From an uncultured Thermoplasmatales archaeon (GTDB taxonomy: Archaea > Thermoplasmatota > Thermoplasmata > Thermoplasmatales > GCA-001856825), in the NCBI GenBank assembly GCA_964468585.1, contig CAYXTM010000007.1, positions 3,346-67,345 of the forward strand: a stretch of 64,000 bases of DNA, written 5' to 3'. A program made the position numbers and the translations under genes. Below are positions 30,669-40,596 of this stretch, piece by piece (within the stretch, counting starts at the first letter, position 1; each line of letters starts with the position of its first letter). Under the pieces are notes generated by a model. That model was not told the DNA's origin. It saw only the letters and a program-made list of their open reading frames with translations, and ran no database searches.

Positions 30669-31874
30669 TCAGCACCTCAATAGTTTTACTTTGACCACGC
30701 TGCCCTCAGGGAAGCCTTCCACGTTTTCAGGGACCTCTACTATGCCATTTGCATACATTATGGAAGATATTATGCCAGAACCTGTTACCTTAAATGGTTC
30801 AGCGATGTATTCCCCCTGATCATTTTTCAGTTTTACTCTCACGAATGACCTGAAACCTATTGTATTAACAATCGATCTTGATAGCTTGGCATTTACAGAA
30901 TACTCAGGAGGGGAATTAAGATCGTACCAAAATCTTATCAATGGGTCAATAAGATTCTCGAAGGCGATCATGGAAGCAACAGGCAGTCCGGATATCATGA
31001 ATACGGGTACTCCGTTAACGATTCCAAGTCCTGTTGTCCTACCAGGCCTTATTTTTATTCCGTGGAATATAATTTCTCCATTGGCTTCCACGAATTTGGA
31101 AGTCACATCCTTATCTCCTGGCCCAGTTCCTCCTGTAATTATTATAATGTCCAGGTTATCAACATTTACTTTTGAATAGATATCATCAACATTATCGGCA
31201 GCCACACCAAGATTTACTGGCACATACCCATTTTCTCTTAATAATTCAAGGAGAAAGTATTGAGTAGAATTCTTAACTTTACCCTTAATTATTTCATCCC
31301 CAGTAGAGAGGACCCCAGCCCGTATTTCAAGAGTTTTAACAGATTTAATTCCTGTTTCTATCATTGCTACTAGCTTTGGAGGATCAATTATATCACCCCT
31401 TTCAGCAATGATACTTCCCTCAACAAGATCCTCTCCGATTATGCTGACATTCTGGAAGGGTCTAAGACTTCTGGGGACTTTCAGTTTATTTCCATCAATC
31501 ATGACCTCCTCATCCGTTATAACAGCGTCGGTTCCATCAGGTATCCTTGCCCCAGTCAACACTCTAACTGCCTCTCCATCTTTAACAATGCCGCGGAATG
31601 GAGAATCTGGCGTTGATTCCCCGACAATATCTAGATCGATAATGTTTGATGCGCTTGCGGAAAGCGCAAATCTTGAAGCTAAGGCAAAACCATCAACAGC
31701 ACTTCTGTTCTCTGAAGGGAAACTCTTAGGAGCTACAATTTTTTCTGCTGATAATTTTCCAACGGAATAAAGGACATTTAACTCATCTACTCTCTTTACA
31801 ATTTCTAATTTTGTCTTGCTCTCCTTACCAAGTTTAAGTGCTTCCAGGAGAGATATATATTCCTTCAACATCAT
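30669..31874 (-). CDS. moeA: molybdopterin metal insertase MoeA
   Basis: RSAVDGFA, TGA.IP.G.DAV, STGDE, TGGTG.G..D, RPG. Confidence 0.92.
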   Translation of the reverse strand: MMLKEYISLLEALKLGKESKTKLEIVKRVDELNVLYSVGKLSAEKIVAPKSFPSENRSAVDGFALASRFALSASASNIIDLDIVGESTPDSPFRGIVKDGEAVRVLTGARIPDGTDAVITDEEVMIDGNKLKVPRSLRPFQNVSIIGEDLVEGSIIAERGDIIDPPKLVAMIETGIKSVKTLEIRAGVLSTGDEIIKGKVKNSTQYFLLELLRENGYVPVNLGVAADNVDDIYSKVNVDNLDIIIITGGTGPGDKDVTSKFVEANGEIIFHGIKIRPGRTTGLGIVNGVPVFMISGLPVASMIAFENLIDPLIRFWYDLNSPPEYSVNAKLSRSIVNTIGFRSFVRVKLKNDQGEYIAEPFKVTGSGIISSIMYANGIVEVPENVEGFPEGSVVKVKLLRC

Positions 31875-31896
31875 ACATCTAATAATTTTACGTATT

Positions 31897-32763
31897 TCAA
31901 TATTGGAGTTTCTTCATGGATCGGAATGAGATCTTTCCATTACCAATTTTTCCATCCACCCTTATAAAGAAATCTCTACCTTCTATCCTTATCTTAATTA
32001 TATCATTCGAGATTATTTCAAATTCATATCCATCTGACCCAAAAACGATATCTTCCGATCTAACACTGAAAAATTCTCCTCCAATGCTGAATAAATTTAC
32101 AGGGGATATAAGGGCTTTTGTCCTATAATGCTGTAAATTTTCTATTGAATCAGCCACCTCGATGATTCCACCATTTTCCATTGATACAATGGAGTCAAAG
32201 CCATAGAGGAAATCACCGTATGCATTTGTGGTAATTATGTAAGGGACCTCAAATTTTTCCGAGAATTTATCTATGGCGCTCCTTATTTTCATTTTGTTAA
32301 TCTGGTCCTGAAATGCAAAAGGTTCATCGAACATCATCAGGTCGCTTTCCGTGAGAAGGCATCTTGCAAGCGATACTCTTTGGGATTCGCCTGAGGAAAG
32401 GTTTCCGGCTTTCAAATCTAATTTTGACTGGAGTTCAAGTTCAGAAACTACTTCATCAATGTAGTCCTTTCTCAATCTCTTGGGAAATAGTAAGTTTTGC
32501 ATTACCGTTTTTTCTCTAAATAATAATGGATTGGAGGGCGCAATGGAGACCAATCTATTTTCAATTGGGAGATCGTTGATTTCTTTCGAATTTATTTTTA
32601 TACTTCCTGTTGATGGAAGGAATCCAGCAATTGAATACAGTAGTGTAGTTTTTCCTGCACCATTGTTGCCTATAATCAGGGTCTTGTTTCCTCTAATTAC
32701 CAGCTGATCAATAATAAGAGTAAATTTATTCCTTCTTGTCTGGAGATTAGATATAGTAATCAC
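31897..32763 (-). CDS. wtpC: tungstate/molybdate ABC transporter ATP-binding subunit (WtpC-like)
   Basis: GNNGAGKTT, LSSGESQR, MFDEPF; operonic with wtpAB. Confidence 0.8.
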   Translation of the reverse strand: MITISNLQTRRNKFTLIIDQLVIRGNKTLIIGNNGAGKTTLLYSIAGFLPSTGSIKINSKEINDLPIENRLVSIAPSNPLLFREKTVMQNLLFPKRLRKDYIDEVVSELELQSKLDLKAGNLSSGESQRVSLARCLLTESDLMMFDEPFAFQDQINKMKIRSAIDKFSEKFEVPYIITTNAYGDFLYGFDSIVSMENGGIIEVADSIENLQHYRTKALISPVNLFSIGGEFFSVRSEDIVFGSDGYEFEIISNDIIKIRIEGRDFFIRVDGKIGNGKISFRSMKKLQY

Positions 32764-33547
32764 GCTTTCCCTCCATGATTTTCACTACGGCCAGAGTGGC
32801 AATACCAGTCAAAATTAGGATACTGGATGATTCAGCAGCTGGGATCAAGCCATATCCAATGAATTGCGAATATATGAATATCCCCACTAGATGAGTGAAA
32901 CTGGGAAATATATAATATGCAACTATCAGCAGGGAACCTACTTCTGAAATTGATCTTGCCCACGTGAGTACCATTCCCCTAATGATTGCTCTAGCCATGA
33001 ATGGTACTGAAACGGAAAAGAATGCCTCTGAAGGAGAATATCCAAAACTTCTCGCCATATTTTCGTATTCAAATGTATTCTTCAAATATGATACTTGGAC
33101 TGTCCTAACGGTGTAGGCAGAGGACAAGAAGAAAAGAGTTATTATTACTGCAAAAACAGTGTCATCAAATCTGTAACCAGGATAGAATCTGGAAATAAGG
33201 GAACCGATTGGCATAGTGGGTTCGAACGCTAGTAACATCATAATACCAACTACAGTATGTGGGATCATTATGGGGAGTTCCATAAGAGAGTCAAGCCATT
33301 TCCAAAAAATGTTATGGCTTCTGGAAATGAAATAGGTGTATGGAAGGGAGAATCCTCCACTAATGATAGCAACTATGAAGGCCATGAAATAGGTCAGCTC
33401 TATTGATTGAAAAATACCACTTTTGGAATCTTCAATAAGTCCAGATAAGCTGGTAAAAAACAGTATTCTTAATATGGGTGTCAGTATTATGGCTATATAA
33501 ATTATAAAAAATATAAAAAATATAAAATAAATTGCTTCTCTTTTCAT
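32747..33547 (-). CDS. wtpB: tungstate/molybdate ABC transporter permease (WtpB-like)
   Basis: ELPIMIPHTVVGI, E..ARSFG, WARSISEVG, IVAYY. Confidence 0.88.
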   Translation of the reverse strand: MKREAIYFIFFIFFIIYIAIILTPILRILFFTSLSGLIEDSKSGIFQSIELTYFMAFIVAIISGGFSLPYTYFISRSHNIFWKWLDSLMELPIMIPHTVVGIMMLLAFEPTMPIGSLISRFYPGYRFDDTVFAVIITLFFLSSAYTVRTVQVSYLKNTFEYENMARSFGYSPSEAFFSVSVPFMARAIIRGMVLTWARSISEVGSLLIVAYYIFPSFTHLVGIFIYSQFIGYGLIPAAESSSILILTGIATLAVVKIMEGKRDYYI

Positions 33548-34716
33548 ATTTCTTCATAGGAATCTGTGGGTATATATGAAGGTACAGGTTGACCTATTTG
33601 CGTTATAATACTAGGTGCTTGGCCATAGTAGAATGGAACTGGCAAAGGATCAAAATCACTGTTGTTCATGGCGACATAACCCATCCTGGTGATCAAAAAG
33701 TAGATGAATGTTGTGGCCAGATCGGGATGCTTTGTATTGCTCAGTACAGTCGCACCGTAAAGTATTGGTCCACCAGGGAAATTTCCAATATTATCCACGG
33801 CTGGTCCTGTGGAATTTACTAACTCATAAAACAGAACATCGCTTCTATTTGTTGAACCAAGATTTATCCAAGATGGTAAACCATTTCCTCCGTTGGAATT
33901 CTTAAAATATTGTAGATGTTGGTTTATGGCTTGTGATTTATATGTCAATGCGTAGTCAGCTGCCCCGGATTGAAGATATCCGTCCAGTCCAATTTCCACC
34001 GTTGTTAACTTTAGGTCTCCGACCTTTAATTTATATTGGAAAAGCTGATCATATAGAGCCATTGAATCATTTATTGGATAGCCCCCACCATACCCCTCAG
34101 ACTGCAGGGTCCCATTAACTCCGAACCATTGATTCCATGCTCTGTTGTAAACCATGAATTTTGAAAAATTGTTACCCCATGCAATCCTAACCAACGGATT
34201 AGACCAGTTGGTATAATAGATACCTGCCAATTTTACCATTTCAATTGCTTGGAATCCACTTGGATCGAGTGAAGCATTGGAGGCAGCAACTATAACTCCT
34301 TTGGCTGAAATATTTTCAAACCAGAAAGCATTGCTCGGTATATTGTAGGAGGAATTTAGCCAGGTAATAGCCATCTCATTTGTTGCAAATATGACCATCC
34401 ACTCGGTATAATTGGGCATCAACATAGTGGGAATTACCCCTGCCGCTGCGGAAATAAAGAAATCGTATGGCTGACCACTCTGAATTTGCCTGGCGCCAGA
34501 GACAGAACCACTGAAGGTAATTCCAACTTTTATTCCAGTAACATTATAGAATTCGGGAACCATGTTGTCGCCGATAGCGTACTTGAGGGAGCCGGCGGCA
34601 AAACCATTGATTGTTTGTATTGTCTTGGAATTGTTTTGGGAGGAAGAATAAAAACCGATGCCAAGTCCAGCGACAAATAAAATTATTATCAAGACAATCG
34701 CTATATAATTCTTCAC
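33544..34716 (-). CDS. wtpA: tungstate/molybdate-binding protein (WtpA-like)
   Basis: N-terminal TM anchor, AAGSL, GSV..ARQI, FATNEM, DPSG (Asp ligand), downstream Glu in TTVE, YKSQA. Confidence 0.85.
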   Translation of the reverse strand: MKNYIAIVLIIILFVAGLGIGFYSSSQNNSKTIQTINGFAAGSLKYAIGDNMVPEFYNVTGIKVGITFSGSVSGARQIQSGQPYDFFISAAAGVIPTMLMPNYTEWMVIFATNEMAITWLNSSYNIPSNAFWFENISAKGVIVAASNASLDPSGFQAIEMVKLAGIYYTNWSNPLVRIAWGNNFSKFMVYNRAWNQWFGVNGTLQSEGYGGGYPINDSMALYDQLFQYKLKVGDLKLTTVEIGLDGYLQSGAADYALTYKSQAINQHLQYFKNSNGGNGLPSWINLGSTNRSDVLFYELVNSTGPAVDNIGNFPGGPILYGATVLSNTKHPDLATTFIYFLITRMGYVAMNNSDFDPLPVPFYYGQAPSIITQIGQPVPSYIPTDSYEEI

Positions 34717-34835
34717 AGGTTTAACATTATTTTAACGGATTTATAGGTTTTCAAAGTTTAATGGAATCTAAAATTGAATCATCGGATAATGGAGCTTCAG
34801 AGTAAAAAATTAATAATTATATCAGCACACTGAAG

Positions 34836-34852
34836 TTGAATCATGGATTCAA
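34836..34852. promoter_or_regulatory. inverted repeat between divergent wtpA and aor
   Basis: TTGAATC-ATG-GATTCAA, with a further TTGAATCAT copy at 34774-34782. Confidence 0.4.
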
Positions 34853-34952
34853 TTCTGAGAAGTAGCATATACCTCCCCAATCTGTGATTTTGCTATTGTG
34901 TTATCATAGAGGAAGAGAAAAAGTTTAAGAGTATTTTAATTATTTAAAAAAT

Positions 34953-36806
34953 ATGTATGGAGTTAATGGAAAGATTCTCTGGGTGGATCTTTCCTCCAAG
35001 AAGATATGGACAGAAGAAGTTCCTGAAGATATTTATAGGAAATTTTTAACTGGCAACGGCCTAGGTTCTTATATCCTTAACAGGGAAATGAAAGGCGATG
35101 AGGACCCACTTGGACCTGATAATATATTGGGAATCGTAACTGGGATATTCAACTCCCATGGTGTTCCCCTAGGAGGGAGGTTTGAAATAGTCGGAAAATC
35201 ACCTCTCACAGGTACATGGGGGGATGCCAACATAGGTGGGAAATTTGGACCAGAATTAAAGAATAGTGGATATGATGGTATTTTCATTAAGGGAGTTTCA
35301 GATCAACCAGTATACTTGAAGGTAAAGGATGGAGTGGTCTCAATAGAGAGCGCCTTTGAGATATGGGGGAAGAGCGCCTATGAGGCTGAGGATTATCTGA
35401 GGAAAATTGAACCAAAGGGGCAAGCTTTAGTCATAGGCAGGCCAGCCGAAAGGCTATCGTTAATAGCAGGTATAATGAACGATTATGGTAGAGCTGCCGG
35501 CAGATCTGGTCTAGGTGCTGTAATGGGTTCAAAGAAACTCAAGGGAATCCTTGCTAGGGGGACAAAAAAGCCGGAGGTCTACGATATAAATCTTTTAAGA
35601 GAAACAATGAAAGAAATACAATTGCATTTCCATCAAAATACTGATGCAGTGAAACCATGGCAATTATTTGGAACAACAATGATAACGGAGTCCTCCCATC
35701 TGAATGGTGATACTCCCATAAAGAACTGGGCAGGCGTTGGTATCAGGGATTTTGGTGAAGAGAATGCCAAGAAAATCAGTGGTGAAAACATTGCAAAGGA
35801 CAAGATCAGATCCTATGGCTGTGCGCAATGCGTCCTAGCATGTGGTGGGACTATATCCAGATCAACTAAATATGGGAAGATAAACGGTCATAGGCTCGAA
35901 TATGAAGGAACAGGCTCCTTTGGTGGTTTGAATCTCGTTGCAGATCTGGACGCGATGGCTATGGCATTTGAAATGTGCAACAGGGAAGGTCTTGACATAA
36001 TAAGTGCTGGTGCGGTTATTGCCTTTGCCAATGAATGCTATGAAAAAGGGTATATAACAAAGGAAGAGATCGGTTTTGAAATTGGGTTCGGCAATGGGGA
36101 TGCCATGATAAAACTGCTGGAACTCATAATAAAGGGGGAAGGTATTGGGAGGATTTTGGGAAAGGGAGTTAAAAAAGCTGCGGAAGAGCTTGGCGGAAAT
36201 TGTTATGAGGCAGCCATGCACGCTAACGGGCAGGAACTTCCGATGCACGATCCAAGGCTGATGCCCTCCCTTGCTACCACCTACGCAGCCGATCCAACTC
36301 CTGGACGTCACACAGCTGGAGGAATTGGCTTCGATGAAGGTGGCTATCTGACTTTACCATTTGAACATGAAGTACCTAAGGCGAAGATTGAAAGATATTC
36401 ATATAAAAACAAAGGTAAGCTACAGGCTCTTTCCACTTATGGAATGCAGATAATAAATTCAACGGGGATGTGCATGTTTTCAACATCCATATGGCCAAAC
36501 TCGTACCCATATTCTAAATTGCTTAAGGCCATAATGGGCTGGGACGTTGATGCAGATGAATTGATTAAAATCGGAAAGAGAATACAGTTATCAAGGCATT
36601 ATTTCAACTATAAGTGTGGATTGAATCCGAGGAAAGTGGAACTTCCGGGAAGAGTAGTGGGGAATCCTCCGCTGGATGCTGGTCCCACAGCTGGTGTAAC
36701 AGTGGACTATAAAACTATGGTTGATGAATATCTTCGGGAAACAGGTATCGATGAAAACGGGAAGCCAGACGAGGCCCTTCTCAAAGAATTAGAAATAGTA
36801 CCGTGA
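34953..36806 (+). CDS. aor: tungsten-dependent aldehyde:ferredoxin oxidoreductase family enzyme
   Basis: KSPLTG, AAGRSGLGAVMGSKKLK, CAQCVLAC, EYE, GLD.I, DPR, GMCMF. Confidence 0.93.
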   Translation: MYGVNGKILWVDLSSKKIWTEEVPEDIYRKFLTGNGLGSYILNREMKGDEDPLGPDNILGIVTGIFNSHGVPLGGRFEIVGKSPLTGTWGDANIGGKFGPELKNSGYDGIFIKGVSDQPVYLKVKDGVVSIESAFEIWGKSAYEAEDYLRKIEPKGQALVIGRPAERLSLIAGIMNDYGRAAGRSGLGAVMGSKKLKGILARGTKKPEVYDINLLRETMKEIQLHFHQNTDAVKPWQLFGTTMITESSHLNGDTPIKNWAGVGIRDFGEENAKKISGENIAKDKIRSYGCAQCVLACGGTISRSTKYGKINGHRLEYEGTGSFGGLNLVADLDAMAMAFEMCNREGLDIISAGAVIAFANECYEKGYITKEEIGFEIGFGNGDAMIKLLELIIKGEGIGRILGKGVKKAAEELGGNCYEAAMHANGQELPMHDPRLMPSLATTYAADPTPGRHTAGGIGFDEGGYLTLPFEHEVPKAKIERYSYKNKGKLQALSTYGMQIINSTGMCMFSTSIWPNSYPYSKLLKAIMGWDVDADELIKIGKRIQLSRHYFNYKCGLNPRKVELPGRVVGNPPLDAGPTAGVTVDYKTMVDEYLRETGIDENGKPDEALLKELEIVP

Positions 36807-36846
36807 AACATACCACGGAATCGATATATTCCTCCTATTGGAAATT

Positions 36847-37623
36847 TCAAAGGAACAGTTCGGGTAAGTTCATAACATCAGAGTACCTGAAGATCGGTCC
36901 ATCTTCACAAACGTAATAATGCCCTACATTGCAATGACCACAAACACCAAAGCCGCACTCCATTCTTCTTTCAAGGCTTAGAAAAATGTTTTCTTCTTTT
37001 AGACCAAGCTCTATTAGTTTTTTAACAGTGTTCATCATCATTATGGGAGGACCTATTACAAATGCACCAAATTTCCTATTCAAGGGAACTTTATCGATGT
37101 ATTGTGTTACAAGGCCAACATTTCCCGTCCAATGTTGATCTCCTCTATCTACTGTCAAAACAACATTTCCAAGTCCATTCCATTGTTCATATTCATACTT
37201 GTATACCAGGTCCGAAGGAGTCCTTGCTCCATATACAATCCATAGATTCTTATTACCATTCAACTCCCACATGAGAGATCTTATGGGTGGTATTCCTATA
37301 CCTCCAGCAACAGCAATTATATCATCGTAATCATTGTATGGCCAATTGTTTCCATATGGTCCTCTGATTCCGATTTCATTCTGCTTGTATATTGCATTTG
37401 TGACACTTCCGATTTTCCTGATGGTAAACTTCAGATTCTCTGAACTGCTTGAAGCAACAGAAATAGGAGCTTCTCCAATTCCAGATACAGATAGCTCATA
37501 GAACTGTCCTGGCCTTGCATAGGTTTTCGCTCTAAGTTCTAAAGTGAATACATCTTGGGTTTCATCTATGATATTCGAAATTGAAACGTTATCTGGCTTA
37601 TATCTGTTCACTATTATAGTCAT
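36847..37623 (-). CDS. FAD/NAD(P)-binding 2Fe-2S subunit, AsrB / sulfhydrogenase gamma-like
   Basis: PGQF, GEAPIS, RGPYGN, AGGIG..P, YGAR, GPPIMM, SLERRMECGFGVCGHC...VCEDGP. Confidence 0.9.
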   Translation of the reverse strand: MTIIVNRYKPDNVSISNIIDETQDVFTLELRAKTYARPGQFYELSVSGIGEAPISVASSSSENLKFTIRKIGSVTNAIYKQNEIGIRGPYGNNWPYNDYDDIIAVAGGIGIPPIRSLMWELNGNKNLWIVYGARTPSDLVYKYEYEQWNGLGNVVLTVDRGDQHWTGNVGLVTQYIDKVPLNRKFGAFVIGPPIMMMNTVKKLIELGLKEENIFLSLERRMECGFGVCGHCNVGHYYVCEDGPIFRYSDVMNLPELFL

Positions 37624-38533
37624 GATCTATCACCTCCTTAATTTCTATATCCACTGGACAGTCATCGGTGCATCTATTGCATCCAGTGCACAAATATTCC
37701 CCTTTAGACCTCTTATAATATACAAATTTGTGATAGAATCTCTGTCTCAATCTCGAAGAAAGTTCCTGCCTCGGATTACCTGCCGATGTTCTAGTGAAAC
37801 CCGAAAGTATACAGGAATCCCACTCCTTCACTCTTTGGTCGCCCGAGTCGTTGAGATCTATGCAGTAGCATGTGGGACAGGAATAGTTGCACGCTCCACA
37901 TTGGATGCAGATTTTTGCAAATTTATCCCATAATTGAGAATTCCATCTTATTCTGTTTTCAATTCCTTGGACATTATGCTTCTCCTGTTTTTCCATGAAA
38001 TCATTCATGATCTCCTTTATTTTTTCAATCTCATTTTTGGTTGCAATTTGAAATCCTTCAAAATATTTATCATAACTATCCTGTACATAAACAATGAATC
38101 TTCCGCCATCCATTGGTACAACCTGTATCTGGTATTGGTCTAACAATGGCCCACCGAAGGATGAACAGAAACCAGTTTTGCAGGGAGAAGTGCAGACAAA
38201 ATTTATCAGCAGTGTATTGTCTCTATAAAGGGTATAAAATGGATCTTTCCCATAAATCTGTTTATCCATGATATAGAATCCCTTCAAGTCACAACTCATT
38301 ACACCAATAACTGCTGTTGGATCAGGATCTGGAAGAACAAGAACATTCTCCTCTCTCTTTATCAGGAATTCCTTCGGACTTTTCGCGGACCTTCCTATGG
38401 TAAAGTCGTCGAAAGAATCCAGTTTAGAGAAAATTAGATCCCCCTCAACGTTTACCGTACCATAGGTTTTAAAATCCTTCTTCAACCTATTGAAGAGCAT
38501 TTCCATGTCGTTGTGAGTTAAGCTATAGATCAT
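37598..38533 (-). CDS. 4Fe-4S subunit, AsrA / sulfhydrogenase beta-like
   Basis: G..SCD, C..PC..GFC, CIQCGACNYSCPTCYC, WDSC, RLRQRFYHK, CTGCNRC...CP. Confidence 0.9.
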   Translation of the reverse strand: MIYSLTHNDMEMLFNRLKKDFKTYGTVNVEGDLIFSKLDSFDDFTIGRSAKSPKEFLIKREENVLVLPDPDPTAVIGVMSCDLKGFYIMDKQIYGKDPFYTLYRDNTLLINFVCTSPCKTGFCSSFGGPLLDQYQIQVVPMDGGRFIVYVQDSYDKYFEGFQIATKNEIEKIKEIMNDFMEKQEKHNVQGIENRIRWNSQLWDKFAKICIQCGACNYSCPTCYCIDLNDSGDQRVKEWDSCILSGFTRTSAGNPRQELSSRLRQRFYHKFVYYKRSKGEYLCTGCNRCTDDCPVDIEIKEVIDHDYNSEQI

Positions 38534-40542
38534 GGTACCACCTTAACAGCCACTACCTTGAACTCAGGTATCTTTGATATGGGATCATAGTTCTCCCCGA
38601 CAAGAAAATTAACCCTGGCCTCCTTATAATGGAATGGGACGAATACAATTCCTCTAGGAATGGAATTAGTTACTCTAGCCTTTATTTTGATCTCTCCATG
38701 TTTTGATACGAGAGTGACAGTTTGACCATCCTTTATCTTTTTCTCCTTAGCATCATTTTCATTGATTTCTACATATGGCTCCGGTGCCTCTCTTTCAAGT
38801 ATCTGTGAAATTCTTGTCATGGTTCCTGAATGCCAATGGAAATAATTCCTACCTGTTGTCATGATCATATTAAATTCCCCATCGACCATCTCTGGAGGGG
38901 GCACAAATTCAATTGGTATGAGTTTTCCTTTTCCAATAGGAAAAGATTTTGTGTGTAGAATTTCCGTCCCATTTAGATTCTCTTTATTTATGGGCCATTG
39001 CTTTCCAATAGGATAAATATTATCATATGATGCGCCGGAATAATTATAAATTGCTTCTCTAATCTCTTCAAATATCGCTTTGGGTGATCCATATCCTTCC
39101 CAAAGGCCAAGTTTTGTCCCAAGTCTGTCAATGATCCACCAGTCCGGCCTGGCTTCGCCTGGTGGTTCGTAAATTGGATATATACGTTGTATTCTCCTTT
39201 CCGTATTGGTAAATGTTCCTTCCTTTTCCAACGAAGATGCAGCAGGGAGTATTAAATGACCCTTGCTGGCTGTAAGCGTCATGAAAATATCCTGAACCAC
39301 GAAGAATTCAAGATTGTCTATACCCTCTTCCACCCGCGATACGCTTGCTTCGGTTATGAGAGGATTTTCACCCATAAGATAGATTGCCTTTATTTTTCCT
39401 TCAGCAGCGGCATCGAACATTTCAGAGAGCGTGAGACCCTTATTTCTTGGAAGTTCTGTTCTCCAAAGTTGTCTGAATTTCTCAATTTTCTCAGAATCCC
39501 ATCTGACATAACCTGGATAAAATTCTGATAATGCACCCATATCACTGCTGCCCTGTACATTGTTCTGGCCTCTCAATGGGAAAATTCCAGATCCATACTT
39601 TCCTATATTTCCTGTTATAAGGGCAAGATTAGAGACATCCATTACATTCATGGTGCCTTGAACGTGCTGAGTTATTCCCATGGCATAAAATATTGCAGAT
39701 GGTCTGTCGGTGGAGTAAAGTTTTGCAGCTTCATATATGAGCTCTGGATCTACACCTGTTATGTCAGAGATCAAGACTGGATCATACCTTTCCAATACCT
39801 CTTTAAGTTTTTCAAATCCCTCTGTCCGTTCATTAATAAATTCTAAATCGTACCATTTCTCCTTAACTATCACATACATTAAGCTATTGAGCAAGGCCAC
39901 ATCTGTACCAGGTCTAAATTGAAGAAATATGGTTGCAAGGTCCGCAAGTTTTATTCTTCTTGGATCTGCAACAATTAAATTTTTACCCTTATTGACCTCC
40001 CTTATAATTTTTGAACCAATTATTGGATGCTGTTCTGTGGTATTTGACCCTATCACAAAAAATGTTCTTGTGCCGGAGAGACTTTCAATTGAACCAGTAG
40101 CTGCACCTGTTCCAATAGTATTAATCAACCCAAGGGCAGTTGGACTGTGGCAGCTCCTAGCACAGTGGTCAATATTGTTTGTTCCAAAAACCCTGGCCAT
40201 TTTTTGCATCAGGTAATTTTCCTCGTTGGTACATTTGGCAGAAGATTGGAATGCAACGGAATCTGGACCATATTTTTTTCTTATGGTGAGGAGCCTTTCC
40301 GCAGCATAATTTAATGCCTCTTCCCATGAAATTTTTTCAAAGGAATCTCCTCTTTTAATTAAGGGGTTAGTAAGCCTCTCTCTCGAAAATGAATAGTTTA
40401 GTCCCTGATACCCCTTAATGCAAAGTTTACCCTCATTTACTGGGGATTTGGTATAACCTGATACATAAAAAGGCTCATCCTTGTCAGGTACAATTATCTG
40501 GCATCCTGTGCCACAATATGGGCACACACTTATCTGAGCCAT
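38530..40542 (-). CDS. fdhA: formate dehydrogenase catalytic subunit (Cys-ligated, bis-MGD)
   Basis: CPYCGTGC...LCIKG, TNEENY, DHCARSCH (Cys at the Sec position), RGQNNVQG, GTFTNTERR, H.HSGTMT, PEFK. Start taken at ATG 40542. No Tat signal. Confidence 0.93.
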   Translation of the reverse strand: MAQISVCPYCGTGCQIIVPDKDEPFYVSGYTKSPVNEGKLCIKGYQGLNYSFSRERLTNPLIKRGDSFEKISWEEALNYAAERLLTIRKKYGPDSVAFQSSAKCTNEENYLMQKMARVFGTNNIDHCARSCHSPTALGLINTIGTGAATGSIESLSGTRTFFVIGSNTTEQHPIIGSKIIREVNKGKNLIVADPRRIKLADLATIFLQFRPGTDVALLNSLMYVIVKEKWYDLEFINERTEGFEKLKEVLERYDPVLISDITGVDPELIYEAAKLYSTDRPSAIFYAMGITQHVQGTMNVMDVSNLALITGNIGKYGSGIFPLRGQNNVQGSSDMGALSEFYPGYVRWDSEKIEKFRQLWRTELPRNKGLTLSEMFDAAAEGKIKAIYLMGENPLITEASVSRVEEGIDNLEFFVVQDIFMTLTASKGHLILPAASSLEKEGTFTNTERRIQRIYPIYEPPGEARPDWWIIDRLGTKLGLWEGYGSPKAIFEEIREAIYNYSGASYDNIYPIGKQWPINKENLNGTEILHTKSFPIGKGKLIPIEFVPPPEMVDGEFNMIMTTGRNYFHWHSGTMTRISQILEREAPEPYVEINENDAKEKKIKDGQTVTLVSKHGEIKIKARVTNSIPRGIVFVPFHYKEARVNFLVGENYDPISKIPEFKVVAVKVVP

Positions 40543-40596
40543 TTGATAACATATTATAATCACTTAGAAAACATTTTCAGCATTATTCTCTTTTTA

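Noticed and set aside
36847-38533. Annotating these genes as a hydrogenase or anaerobic sulfite reductase
   Set aside because: No NiFe large/small subunit, maturation genes or siroheme AsrC are in the window.
38530-40542. Selenocysteine recoding in FdhA
   Set aside because: The active-site codon is Cys (CARSCH) and the frame has no in-frame TGA.
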